Sequence record: PQ462667.1
Origin: Escherichia phage HMD-P3
Reading direction: 5' to 3' (one strand)
DNA length: 64,000 nucleotides
The translations under genes and the position numbers were made by a program. Below are positions 35,973 through 45,300 of this stretch, in pieces; position 1 is the first letter of the stretch; each line of letters begins with the position of its first letter. Below the pieces are notes generated by a model. It searched no databases. It was not told where the DNA came from and saw only the letters and a program-made list of their open reading frames with translations.

Positions 35973-36167
35973 ATGTGTTGCAGAAAATCTGTTTCGTGCT
36001 GCCCAATGCCTGTAGCACGTTGTTGCTCTCCAGCAATGTTTACGCAAATACCGGCGTTCAATCCGTTTGCCTTTAAGCCTACTCTTATCCTGCCCCCTAG
36101 AGTAGATTTTCAGTCAAGATTGGCCTCCCGTATGGGTGGTTGCTGTACACCGAGAGTGTGGTTCTAA
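35973..36167 (+). CDS. Cys-rich small protein
   Basis: MCCRKSVSCCPMPVARCC...GGCC; RBS aaggagga. Confidence 0.5.
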   Translation: MCCRKSVSCCPMPVARCCSPAMFTQIPAFNPFAFKPTLILPPRVDFQSRLASRMGGCCTPRVWF

Positions 36168-36180
36168 ACCAAAAAACAAA

Positions 36181-36213
36181 AGCCCCTGCCGAAAGGTAAG
36201 GGGCTTTTTCTTT
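36181..36213 (+). terminator. rho-independent terminator
   Basis: gcccct-gccgaaaggta-aggggc followed by ttttt. Confidence 0.65.
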
Positions 36214-36217
36214 TGCC

Positions 36218-36259
36218 TTAAATACAGAAAAGCCCGCGCTCTCAGAGGAAACGCGGGCT
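36218..36259 (-). terminator. rho-independent terminator (convergent)
   Basis: agcccgcg-ctctcagaggaaa-cgcgggct with a T-run on the minus strand (plus aaatacagaaa). Confidence 0.6.
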
Positions 36260-36283
36260 TGGTTAGAAGATTACGTGTAACTA

Positions 36284-37231
36284 TTACTTGTTACGCATAT
36301 CCATGATCATTTGACCATCGTAGCCAGTACCTACCACAGTCTGAGGCACACCACCTTGATACTTCTGAGCACGAATCATTTCAACTTCCAGTTGCTTCCA
36401 GCGAATCATCTCAGGAGTAATGGTACGTTGCAATGCGGCGTTAGCTTCAGCTTCTTTTTTAGCTGCGTACAGTTTAGCATCTGCGTCACGTTCATTAGCA
36501 ATAGCTTGGTTGTTGCGAGCTTCACGATCTGCTTCTGCTTGTTTAACTTTTTGCTGTGCTTCCTGTTCAACGCGGGCAAGTTCAGCTTTCGCAGCGTTAA
36601 CTTGCTCTTCACGAACTTTGGTATTCTGTACCTGTTCCATGATTACCGGTGGCAAAGTAATATCCTGAAGAAACACCTGCTTAACTGTGTAACCATATGG
36701 GCGTGCATACTCTTCAACTTCCTGTTGAATTGCAGTTTGCAATTGAGCCTGAATTTTAGCATCAAACAAATCTTGTGCTTTAGGTACAGACTTACCAAAC
36801 TCACGAATAGTAGACAGTAATTTTTCAGTTACATATTTGTCTAATGCTTGATCCTGGGTACCTGCATTAATACGGTTAATCGGTGCCTTAGAACCATCAA
36901 ACTGCAACATAACAGTCAGGTCAACAGTGGATTTAAACTTATCCTGACTAGGAACCTGAAGTTTATCTAATTTTAGAGCAATATCTTTAGTACTAAAAGT
37001 ATCGAAAGAAGCAAAAGGATTTACAATATGAAAGCCGGGTAATACTGGGCTAGGGTCAACTTTACCCAGGAAAGTCTGGGTTTTAACAGTACCGTCTTGG
37101 ACAACAGTATAAGAGTTAAGAGCCAGAACTAAACCTACCAAACCAACTGCAGCACCAATACCCCAACGTTTGATATTACGCATTAATTTTTGCTCATAAG
37201 TCAGTTCTTTAGTGTTTTTAGTAGCAAACAT
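36284..37231 (-). CDS. SPFH/band-7 (prohibitin/HflC-like) membrane protein
   Basis: N-terminal transmembrane helix WGIGAAVGLVGLVLAL, central domain, C-terminal Ala/Glu/Gln-rich coiled coil. Confidence 0.55.
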   Translation of the reverse strand: MFATKNTKELTYEQKLMRNIKRWGIGAAVGLVGLVLALNSYTVVQDGTVKTQTFLGKVDPSPVLPGFHIVNPFASFDTFSTKDIALKLDKLQVPSQDKFKSTVDLTVMLQFDGSKAPINRINAGTQDQALDKYVTEKLLSTIREFGKSVPKAQDLFDAKIQAQLQTAIQQEVEEYARPYGYTVKQVFLQDITLPPVIMEQVQNTKVREEQVNAAKAELARVEQEAQQKVKQAEADREARNNQAIANERDADAKLYAAKKEAEANAALQRTITPEMIRWKQLEVEMIRAQKYQGGVPQTVVGTGYDGQMIMDMRNK

Positions 37232-37265
37232 ATATTTCCTTTGTTTTAGTTACAGTTAATAAAAT

Positions 37266-37340
37266 TGGCCGAGGTGACAGGATTCGAACCTGCATAAAGG
37301 AATTTAGAAGACTCCTGCCTCTCCCTTAGACTACACCTCG
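37266..37340 (-). tRNA. tRNA-Arg (TCT)
   Basis: Perfect acceptor cgaggtg/cacctcg; anticodon arm ggagt-ctTCTaa-attcc. Confidence 0.6.
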
Positions 37341-37844
37341 TTTAAGTATTTTTAAGAACTCTCGTAAAAACTCTTAAAAATACAGACGATACCGGGAGAG
37401 TCATAAGTCTCACTCATTAAGTATTTCAAGACAAAATACGGTAACGTCTACTATTTTCCAGTTTAAGTCAGGGTGACTTAGTGGTTATGTCCTGCGGTAT
37501 ATTGAGGACTCGGTTAGGCTCGGGGTCATGACTTCCCGCCTTTTGCTGCTACTCAACAGGAGTTATCGCGAATTACCTGTGCTATTGTGCACCATTAGTG
37601 ACATCTCTCATGCCAGCATTTCCCACTTTGTGGATAGCTTGAAAAACTACTCCGATATGGAGAAAGAACTTCACTATCCTAGAATACCTTCTAAAGTTCT
37701 TCTTTAGCCTGGACATAGTTAAATCGTAATAAAACTATTCAGCAGACTGGTTGGTTAGTCTGGAACCAACTACCGCGTGGTTTAGGCAGTGCGCAACTAA
37801 CCTCGGAAGCTTTTACTTTAAAAGCATCAGTTATCCAGTTCTTA

Positions 37845-37920
37845 CCGACCATAGGATTCGAACCTACATCTTCCACCAGTTACGGCTTGATAATACCAAT
37901 TATACTAGGACGGCAGTGTT
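37845..37920 (-). tRNA. tRNA-like element, no encoded CCA, anticodon not resolved
   Basis: T-arm gtagg-ttcgaat-cctat and 6/7-bp acceptor found; anticodon arm not convincingly foldable by hand. Confidence 0.3.
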
Positions 37921-38174
37921 ACTACATAAGTGATTTCCACACCCCACTATTTATAAATTAGAGAAGAGTTTAGGGGAGAGGTTTCAGACGCCTCATTTTA
38001 CACGTTCTAGCCACTAACCGGGATTGCCGCCCCCTGTGTACTAGTTTTACAACTAACCCACCGACTCTATTCAATGCGCTTCGGTTGGGATTATGCATTC
38101 AGCGTAATCGGCTCGCTGTTCCCTAATTTATGAATATATTATACAGAATTTAAAGGCATTTAGCAAATAAATTT

Positions 38175-38618
38175 TTAATTAAATTCGCCAGCAATCTGAG
38201 CAGCAGTACCACCATCATAACGCCCAGGAAATTCTTCCTTAATCGCTTTCATCAGCATACCTTTTGTAATTCCAGGGTTTAGCTTAACTAATTCTGCAAA
38301 GTATTTACGAATCTCAGTATCAGATAACTGAGGAGGCAGATACTCCTGCAACCACTTATTTAGAATGTATTCATACTGAGCAGACTGCAAGCTATAGCTA
38401 TCAAGATCTTGACCATGAAGTTTAGCTTTCATCTGGTTAATGCTTTTTAGTTGAGCTTTGAGATAAGACACAAATTGTTCAGAAGTGATGAAATCTTTAT
38501 CAATACGCTGAAGATCCCCGATTATGGTCTGATAACTTTTAGCGACTTCTTTATCAGAACCATTAAACTTAGAATCCTGCAAAGCTCTACGCAAAACATC
38601 TAAAATATTCTCTTCCAT
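38175..38618 (-). CDS. hypothetical protein
   Basis: 147-aa ORF. Confidence 0.55.
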   Translation of the reverse strand: MEENILDVLRRALQDSKFNGSDKEVAKSYQTIIGDLQRIDKDFITSEQFVSYLKAQLKSINQMKAKLHGQDLDSYSLQSAQYEYILNKWLQEYLPPQLSDTEIRKYFAELVKLNPGITKGMLMKAIKEEFPGRYDGGTAAQIAGEFN

Positions 38619-38788
38619 TATTTCATTCCTAGCGCTTGGTTAAAAGATTGTTCTGTCATAACTGCTGAGACTTTGGCGAAATCAAACTTTTTAGGGTTCG
38701 TAGTGATTTCAGCAACGTTAGAAGTTTTAACAGTTTTCGTAGTACGAATACCGCGAGTGTTAACACCAATAATTACAACTGATTTCAT
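38618..38788 (-). CDS. small protein (56 aa, below the ORF-track cutoff)
   Basis: Hand translation MKSVVIIGVNTRGIRTTK...; TAATG overlap with the downstream gene; promoter/leader module upstream. Confidence 0.4.
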   Translation of the reverse strand: MKSVVIIGVNTRGIRTTKTVKTSNVAEITTNPKKFDFAKVSAVMTEQSFNQALGMK

Positions 38789-38856
38789 ACTTCGCTTCCT
38801 CTCATTAATTTATGGAAGTATTATACGGAAATTTAAGTAGTTAAGCAAGTAAATTT

Positions 38857-39324
38857 TTAAGTTTTAGTGACAACAGGTTTATAGAATGTATGTCCCTTAA
38901 TTTTAGTTGTTTTCTTAAATTTCTTTGTCCAGTAAGGTTTATCTTTACCACTATGGAAGTATAGTGCTCCATGTGTAGGATCTTGTGGTAAATCAACGTA
39001 GTATATCACTCTAGCTAAATTCTTAGCGGTTTGCCAAGCCTCATCAGTTTTATCAACTTTTGGTCTCTTAGATACCCAAGAGAACTGGTTAGACTGATAT
39101 ACTACTTTACAGTAGGAATCTGGGAATTTACCGGAGTTTACACGGTTTTTAGTAACATGTGCAATCGCCGTCATTCCCTTTATGCCCTCACCACGACTTT
39201 CGAAATAGATATTTTTAGCAATGCAATCTATTTCTTTTGCATCGTGCGATGCCTGACTACTAAAGCTGAAGGTAAGGGCAGCTACTAAAAGCAAAGCTGC
39301 CTTCATTCTTTTTACTCCTGCCAA
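38857..39324 (-). CDS. secreted cell-wall hydrolase (SleB/CwlJ Hydrolase_2-like)
   Basis: Signal peptide; NIYFESRGEGIKGMTAIAHVTKNRV ... QFSW. Confidence 0.65.
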   Translation of the reverse strand: MAGVKRMKAALLLVAALTFSFSSQASHDAKEIDCIAKNIYFESRGEGIKGMTAIAHVTKNRVNSGKFPDSYCKVVYQSNQFSWVSKRPKVDKTDEAWQTAKNLARVIYYVDLPQDPTHGALYFHSGKDKPYWTKKFKKTTKIKGHTFYKPVVTKT

Positions 39325-39629
39325 TCATATTCAACACGATTGGGATTTTCTTTATACCCTAAGTCAAGCAAATCATTACGCATATTTTGCTTAGCTACTG
39401 GGTTCGAGGTTACTAGTACCACTTTCTTTGGTCTCTGCCCAAATTCTAATAGTAAACGAAGAATTTGATAACCTTCCATACCATCTACAGCCAAGTCATT
39501 ATCCATATAAACGAAATGGCCTGTGGTATCAGTTTTATTCAGAAACTCTACAGCGGCTTCTGGGGTTCGAATGATAATGTCCATTCCGTGAAGATTACGC
39601 ACATCATCAATCAAAATATGAAAAGTCAT
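39312..39629 (-). CDS. hypothetical protein
   Basis: 105-aa ORF with promoter/leader module upstream. Confidence 0.5.
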   Translation of the reverse strand: MTFHILIDDVRNLHGMDIIIRTPEAAVEFLNKTDTTGHFVYMDNDLAVDGMEGYQILRLLLEFGQRPKKVVLVTSNPVAKQNMRNDLLDLGYKENPNRVEYDWQE

Positions 39630-40071
39630 AATAGCCTCGTTTCATCAATTTAAAAATATATTATACATATAATTTAGTAGATTAGCAAATACATTTTTAA
39701 ATTGTGAAACTAGTAAACCGATAAACAGCCTAGAGGCGCCACAGGCCATACCTTATGAGCCATGTACCTTTGATCTAGGGTTTTAATCATCAACGAATAC
39801 TTTGCATCTTTTAGCTTTAGAAGTTTAGAAGTTTGAGTTCTTTAAACTTTTCAGCTTTCATACTTAAATGTTGATCTTTGAAGTTGTGTCGGTAATATCA
39901 ACGACGCTTTGTTTTTACGTGTCAGCTTAAAAGGCTGGTGTAATAAACATAATCTCCAATAGATTATACTTTATAGTATGGTCAGCGGTCCTATTTAACC
40001 TCGTATTTCAACCGCTGCTGCGAGGTAAGATGCTTGGGCTTTCGTCTACCGATTTACTAGCTTTTAAATTA

Positions 40072-40710
40072 TTACTCTACTTCAATGAAGGTAGAGGCGT
40101 TAGACTCGGACAGAACAAAGTCAACATTTGTTGCAAAGTCCTGATATTCCTCGTCATGCTGCTTAATCAGCTTTTCCAGTTCCAGCGGATCAATCAAGAA
40201 TGGAGTATTCTTGAGTTCCAGCAGGTTGAGCTGCATTTTAACTTCATCTTCGGAAGTTTTCTTATCGCGAGTAGCCATGCTATCCTGCAAACGCTCATAT
40301 TTAGCATCAAACTGTGCTTTCTGCGTATTAAACTTAACCGTAGCGGCATGGAACTGCTTACGCATGTTAGCAAGCAGTTGAGCTTTAAGTTCCATAGAAC
40401 GCTTAGCTTCAATTGCTTCCGCAACAGTCATCTTACGAGAGCCAATCTCAACGATTGTTTCTGCATTGCTCTTAATCAGAGCAGATTTGATACTATCACG
40501 CTTAGACATCATATCCAGCAGAGACTGGAAATCAGTCTTAATACGAGTAGACAGATCGGCTACTTCGATTGCAGCGCCAACTACAACCTGGTTTTTATCC
40601 TTACCTTCACCAACAGCGATCAGAAGCTGCTGTTCAGTAGCTTTACGGATTTTAGCTTCCAGAGATTTGATAGTTGCCAGAGCACGAGTTTTAGAAATAC
40701 GAGTAGTCAT
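40072..40710 (-). CDS. hypothetical coiled-coil protein
   Basis: 212-aa ORF. Confidence 0.55.
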   Translation of the reverse strand: MTTRISKTRALATIKSLEAKIRKATEQQLLIAVGEGKDKNQVVVGAAIEVADLSTRIKTDFQSLLDMMSKRDSIKSALIKSNAETIVEIGSRKMTVAEAIEAKRSMELKAQLLANMRKQFHAATVKFNTQKAQFDAKYERLQDSMATRDKKTSEDEVKMQLNLLELKNTPFLIDPLELEKLIKQHDEEYQDFATNVDFVLSESNASTFIEVE

Positions 40711-40763
40711 TATTTGCTTCCTTATATGAAGTTTGAGATTTGAATTTGTTTGAATTTGGTCTA

Positions 40764-40946
40764 TTACAGACCAATTGCCAGCAGAGTGCGCAGAACAGTA
40801 TCGTTACTGTTATCAATTTTAGGATTAGCACGATTTAGTAGATTAAAGATTTTCTGGATACCTGATTGACGTTCAGCCATACGACGGATACCCAGATTAC
40901 GAGTAGCTTTCTTACCATTTTTACGAACATTTTTAGATACTGGCAT
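40764..40946 (-). CDS. small basic protein
   Basis: 60-aa ORF with promoter/leader module upstream. Confidence 0.45.
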   Translation of the reverse strand: MPVSKNVRKNGKKATRNLGIRRMAERQSGIQKIFNLLNRANPKIDNSNDTVLRTLLAIGL

Positions 40947-41016
40947 ATTTGTTTTCCTTTTATTGTTTTCTCAAATTTATGAATATATTATACAGAATTT
41001 TGGAGCCGGAAGCAAA

Positions 41017-41718
41017 TCAAATTTTCATTTTTTCGATCATAGCTGCAACACAATAGCTCTCAACTAAGGCATCAAATGCAGGATCATGCTTAACCGGATA
41101 AATCCCATAACGAATAGTGTCCATCTTCTCCATTTTAGCTATTGCCCAGCTAATACCTTCGGTCTCTAGAGCTTTATAACTGTATCCAGCTTGCATCCAG
41201 AGATTACGAAGAGATCGAACATTGCCCAAATTCCAGAATTTCCACGGAACTACTTCTTCATTGGTTCCAGCATGGAACGTGTTTGCAGAGTAGATAGTCA
41301 TATCAAACTCTGGGCCATTGCCATAATACAAAGCATTTTCGCCTAGAGCCAACTCCATAATATTTTTAGCCATAGAGAAGGCAGCATAGTTTGAGCCAAG
41401 TTTATTAGTGCAATGATGTTTACCATTTTGGAAGGCAATCAGTTTTGGATTACGCTCGTTCATAGCTTCCATAATGTGGATAGCAGACGGGCTATTTTTA
41501 GCTTGATCCATCCAGAATGCTAGAGTAGATGCTGTAACTTTGGCACCAGAATTAAGTTGATCTTGCACATCCAAAGTAACAAATACTAGATCAGGGTCTT
41601 TATCAATCCCATGCATAGCTACAAAAGCGAAAGAAGGCATTGCGATATGAGTAGTACCACAATCTCCTGGAGTTCCTAGAGATTCAATATCTAGCATACC
41701 AAATGGTTTTACTTTCAT
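41017..41718 (-). CDS. putative DEDD-family 3'-5' exonuclease
   Basis: N-terminal MLDIESLG (Exo I D-x-E). Confidence 0.45.
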   Translation of the reverse strand: MKVKPFGMLDIESLGTPGDCGTTHIAMPSFAFVAMHGIDKDPDLVFVTLDVQDQLNSGAKVTASTLAFWMDQAKNSPSAIHIMEAMNERNPKLIAFQNGKHHCTNKLGSNYAAFSMAKNIMELALGENALYYGNGPEFDMTIYSANTFHAGTNEEVVPWKFWNLGNVRSLRNLWMQAGYSYKALETEGISWAIAKMEKMDTIRYGIYPVKHDPAFDALVESYCVAAMIEKMKI

Positions 41719-41746
41719 AAGTTATCCTTTATTGTGTAGAAAACTA

Positions 41747-41968
41747 TTAAAGAGCTGTCTCTTTAATAGACTCCCACTTCTTGGGGTCTTTAAAACCAGG
41801 GAGCATATCCTCACTGACATCCCAGTTCTCCTCCATATAGAGGTCATCTAAGTCTAACTCACCCACTGCTAAATCCATTACCTCATGACTAGAAAGTCGT
41901 GTATAATCCCTAGCGGACTTATGAGTGCTAGCACGGTTAAAATCATTCTTTGCTACAAAATTACGCAT
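41747..41968 (-). CDS. hypothetical acidic protein
   Basis: 73-aa ORF. Confidence 0.45.
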   Translation of the reverse strand: MRNFVAKNDFNRASTHKSARDYTRLSSHEVMDLAVGELDLDDLYMEENWDVSEDMLPGFKDPKKWESIKETAL

Positions 41969-42009
41969 AGTTTCTCCGATTAAGAGGGGCTTTCGCCCCT
42001 ATTTATCTA

Positions 42010-42525
42010 TTACTTCGCTTTACGCTTGCGAGCTGGTTTAGCAGATTTACGAGCAGAATCACCCGTGAACTTAATGCCTACACCGTAACACAGAGCACGA
42101 ACATTATCTTTACTATACTCTACACCAAAGATATTTGGCTTAACAGAACCAAACTGTCCACGAGTATCACGCAATACATCTGCTGTTGGTTTACGCTTCT
42201 GGTTAACTGCCTTCTCATAGTCTTTCATAGACATACCATTACGAGAGAACAATTCAGCCCCAGCGTTGAAGCTCAGGGAAACTGGGACAGATTTGTGGCC
42301 GTAATTTTCTACATACATAACCATTTTGTAGGATTTACGGGTGGCATTTTTAGCTTTAGGCTTCTGACGAATCGGAGCCGGATTATTCAGTGCTTGCGCA
42401 GCCTGAGCATCGGTAGGATGCTTACGCAGGTGACGTTCCAGACGAGCTTTGCGATTAGCCTCAGTCTTCGGGAAAGTTTTAACTGCCGGAGCTGCTTGAG
42501 TTTTTGCGTTTTTCTGCTTAGCCAT
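42010..42525 (-). CDS. basic, Lys/Arg-rich putative nucleic-acid-binding protein
   Basis: Basic N- and C-termini. Confidence 0.5.
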   Translation of the reverse strand: MAKQKNAKTQAAPAVKTFPKTEANRKARLERHLRKHPTDAQAAQALNNPAPIRQKPKAKNATRKSYKMVMYVENYGHKSVPVSLSFNAGAELFSRNGMSMKDYEKAVNQKRKPTADVLRDTRGQFGSVKPNIFGVEYSKDNVRALCYGVGIKFTGDSARKSAKPARKRKAK

Positions 42526-42608
42526 TATTTGTTTTCCTTTTTGTTTATCAATTTATGAAGTATATTATACGAGAATTTGAAGCGTTTAGCAAATGAATTT
42601 TTTAAAAA

Positions 42609-42887
42609 TTATCTACCAACCATCTTAGCTTGTTCGGCATCTGAGACATATTGATACGCCCCTTTATTATACGCTGGAGCAGTACACATTTTCTTACGCT
42701 CAATCTCTTCTTGAGCTTTTCTTTCGCGTTCAGCTAACTCTTCGTCCAGATAAACTAAACGTTGCTCTGGAGGAGGTGGAAGACGTGTTTCTGGCTCACC
42801 AATATTAGCCTTTCTTATTTGACGAGGTGATTGTGCACGTTTTCTCAATGGCTTAAATCCTAATGAATTTGAGTTATAAATCCGCAT
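42609..42887 (-). CDS. hypothetical protein
   Basis: 92-aa ORF. Confidence 0.45.
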   Translation of the reverse strand: MRIYNSNSLGFKPLRKRAQSPRQIRKANIGEPETRLPPPPEQRLVYLDEELAERERKAQEEIERKKMCTAPAYNKGAYQYVSDAEQAKMVGR

Positions 42888-42963
42888 AAAGCCCTCCTCA
42901 CTTTCAATATGAATATTATACTAAATTAGAGGGCTTTAAGCAAGTGAATTTTTAATTTATTTA

Positions 42964-43440
42964 TTACATCTCAGCCATTTCAGCTTCAGTAATAACTGTA
43001 TTACACAATGCATCTACAGCTTCATTACCACTAATACCAGAATGTCCTTTGACCTTAATAAAGGTAGGGTTAGTGTTATGAAAGTTGATATACTGCTGTG
43101 TTAATTTAAATGCTTCCTGCCAAAGTTCTAGATTAAGAGGAACTTCACCATCTGCTTTCTTCCATCCTTTCCTTTGCCAAGAAAACATCCAACTTTCCAT
43201 GCCATTTTTGCAATAAGCAGAGTCAGTATAGATAGCAATTGGTCTATTATCTTTTTTAACAGACCAACGTAGAGCTTCTACAATAGCTGTGAGTTCCATC
43301 TCATTATTTGTAGTTTTAGGATTATAACCAGATTTAGAACCTAAACGATCGTCGTTATCATCATAGACAATAAAACCCCAAGCACCTGGACCTGGATTAG
43401 ACTTACAAGCACCATCTGTGTAAATGTGGAAAACGCTCAC
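42964..43440 (-). CDS. rnh: ribonuclease H
   Basis: IYTDGAC...TNNEMEL...YTDS...GHSG RNase HI motifs. Confidence 0.85.
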   Translation of the reverse strand: MSVFHIYTDGACKSNPGPGAWGFIVYDDNDDRLGSKSGYNPKTTNNEMELTAIVEALRWSVKKDNRPIAIYTDSAYCKNGMESWMFSWQRKGWKKADGEVPLNLELWQEAFKLTQQYINFHNTNPTFIKVKGHSGISGNEAVDALCNTVITEAEMAEM

Positions 43441-43985
43441 TTATTAAGTTCCTCTACTGGTGGGTAATAGTTGGTATAGAAATCTTCTATAACTGCTTCG
43501 CTACCATGAAGTGTTTTTCTTAGTTCATTAGCCTTTATGACCGCACTTTCTAGATCTAAGTAGTCAAAAACACCCCCGTAAATATTTTTACCATTATTAT
43601 CAATTACCTGTACTTGCCATTTCTGTAGTTGTTTGTTCCAGTGTACACCTAGATATCCAGATTTACTCGATGCGGTACAATTTCTATTATTAGACTGGCT
43701 TGTAGCTTCTCTTAGATTTATCCACCTATTATCTGACCTAATTCTATTTTTGTGGTCTATTAAATCAGGTATTGATCCTGTCATGTATAGAAAGGCTAAC
43801 CTATGTGCTAAATAATCTATTTTATCTATCTTAATAGTTATATAGCCATCTTTTCTTAGGTATCCAGCGGGCGAACCTGCTTTTCCTCCCCTACCACGAC
43901 TCACCTTATTAGTAAATATACCAGTATCTGGATCATAGATTAGTATTTCTTTTAATCTTTCTTGGCTAGGTAGCTTTTTACTCAT
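43437..43985 (-). CDS. HNH homing endonuclease
   Basis: YLAHRLAF...DHKNRIRSDNRWINLR...QSNNRN. Confidence 0.65.
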   Translation of the reverse strand: MSKKLPSQERLKEILIYDPDTGIFTNKVSRGRGGKAGSPAGYLRKDGYITIKIDKIDYLAHRLAFLYMTGSIPDLIDHKNRIRSDNRWINLREATSQSNNRNCTASSKSGYLGVHWNKQLQKWQVQVIDNNGKNIYGGVFDYLDLESAVIKANELRKTLHGSEAVIEDFYTNYYPPVEELNK

Positions 43986-44361
43986 CTAACCATCCTATGT
44001 CTATACTAAGTAGTGCTTTTATTCCTGTAATACCTGTACCATAAGTATTATATCGAATAGCACTTCTGCTCTTTACTTCAAGTATATTTTCATGCTCTGT
44101 ATTTTCTAGAATTTCTGTAGATATACCTAAATATCCTAATTGATCTTCCTCGTCCCAACCCATATCTTCTAGAAGATTTAGACGTAACTCTACCTTCTCA
44201 TCTCCATTTCCTACAGAGTAGTGGTCTTCTAAAGTCCTGAATTTAGAAGTGATAGAATCTAGTATTAATAATACCTGTTCCTTAGTAATAGTTTCTTTAT
44301 CACCCTGTAAGTAATTGGAGTAATTCAGAAGGGCTTGTTCTAATTCAATTTCTTTACTCAT
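43978..44361 (-). CDS. hypothetical acidic protein
   Basis: 127-aa ORF. Confidence 0.5.
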   Translation of the reverse strand: MSKEIELEQALLNYSNYLQGDKETITKEQVLLILDSITSKFRTLEDHYSVGNGDEKVELRLNLLEDMGWDEEDQLGYLGISTEILENTEHENILEVKSRSAIRYNTYGTGITGIKALLSIDIGWLDE

Positions 44362-44374
44362 TTTATTATCCTTT

Positions 44375-44434
44375 TGTACTTATTGAGTATATTATATTTG
44401 AAATTGTACTCAATAAGCGAGTACAATTTCAAAT
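44375..44434. promoter_or_regulatory. nested inverted repeats overlapping a promoter -10 region
   Basis: 16-bp perfect IR atttgaaattgtactc / gagtacaatttcaaat (about 44395-44434) plus 11-bp IR cttattgagta / tactcaataag (about 44379-44417); terminator-like hairpin agccccgaagggct at about 44441. Confidence 0.5.
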
Positions 44435-44460
44435 ATAATAGCCCCGAAGGGCTACTTAAG

Positions 44461-45300
44461 TTAAGAGGACATCTTAGCTTTAAGAGCTGGATGTGGATCA
44501 TATCCTTCCAGCTTGAAAGACCAGGCCGCAGTATTATTCTCTAATAAATCATAAAGATCTACAAATTCTGGCATTACTAGAGCTGGCAAAGGACGTGGTT
44601 TACGTTTCAATTGCTCCTCTACTTGCCCTATATGATCACTATAAATATGTGTATCTCCACCACTAAAGATGAGATAACGAGGTTTTAATCCAGTCAGTTT
44701 TGCTAGGATATGTGTTAGTAAAGCATAACTAGCAATATTGAAAGGTAGACCTAGAAAACAGTCTACAGAACGTTGTGTCCATTTAAGATCTAAGTATCCA
44801 TCATTACTTACGTAACATTGGAAACCATAGTGACACGGTGGTAATGCCATCTTATCCAGTTCAGCTACGTTCCATGCAGATACTAGGTGTCTACGACCAT
44901 GTGGATTATTCTTGAGACCCTCAATGAGTTCTAGGATCTGATCTCGTCCACCAAAGTTGCGCCATTGTTTACCATATACTGGCCCCAGATTACCTCTGTC
45001 ATAACCCATGCTTATGGCTTGGTCTTCATAATTTGGAGTCCAGATAGTCCACTGTCCTTCGTCACGCCCAAATGTGAATACTCGTAGATCATGGAGATTT
45101 GTAGATCCAGATAAAAACCATAGGAGTTCTCCAACTACCGATTTCCAAGCTAGACGTTTAGTGGTTACAGCTGGAAATCCTTCACGTAGATCGAACTTAG
45201 CATAGGAATCGAAAATCGAAACTGTGCCTGTCCCCGTACGATCGTTACGTGGTTCACCTAGTAAAATTACATCTGTTAGAATTTTTAAATATTGTTGCAT
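44461..45300 (-). CDS. thyA: thymidylate synthase
   Basis: PCH active-site cysteine; DCFLGLPFNIASYALL. Confidence 0.9.
   Translation of the reverse strand: MQQYLKILTDVILLGEPRNDRTGTGTVSIFDSYAKFDLREGFPAVTTKRLAWKSVVGELLWFLSGSTNLHDLRVFTFGRDEGQWTIWTPNYEDQAISMGYDRGNLGPVYGKQWRNFGGRDQILELIEGLKNNPHGRRHLVSAWNVAELDKMALPPCHYGFQCYVSNDGYLDLKWTQRSVDCFLGLPFNIASYALLTHILAKLTGLKPRYLIFSGGDTHIYSDHIGQVEEQLKRKPRPLPALVMPEFVDLYDLLENNTAAWSFKLEGYDPHPALKAKMSS

Noticed and set aside
27871-37933. Track ORFs overlapping tRNA genes (27871..28077, 29151..29381, 29682..29900, 30618..30800, 31029..31220, 37751..37933)
   Set aside because: Each lies across one or more tRNA or tRNA-like sequences, lacks an RBS and has a peculiar product; these are spurious frames through structured RNA genes.
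7352-44000. Transposase or insertion-sequence elements
   Set aside because: No transposase-like ORF or terminal inverted repeats with target duplication were found. The only mobile-looking genes are HNH and GIY-YIG/T5orf172 homing-endonuclease-like ORFs. The only clear direct duplication (7494-7645) flanks an Illumina adapter and is an artefact.
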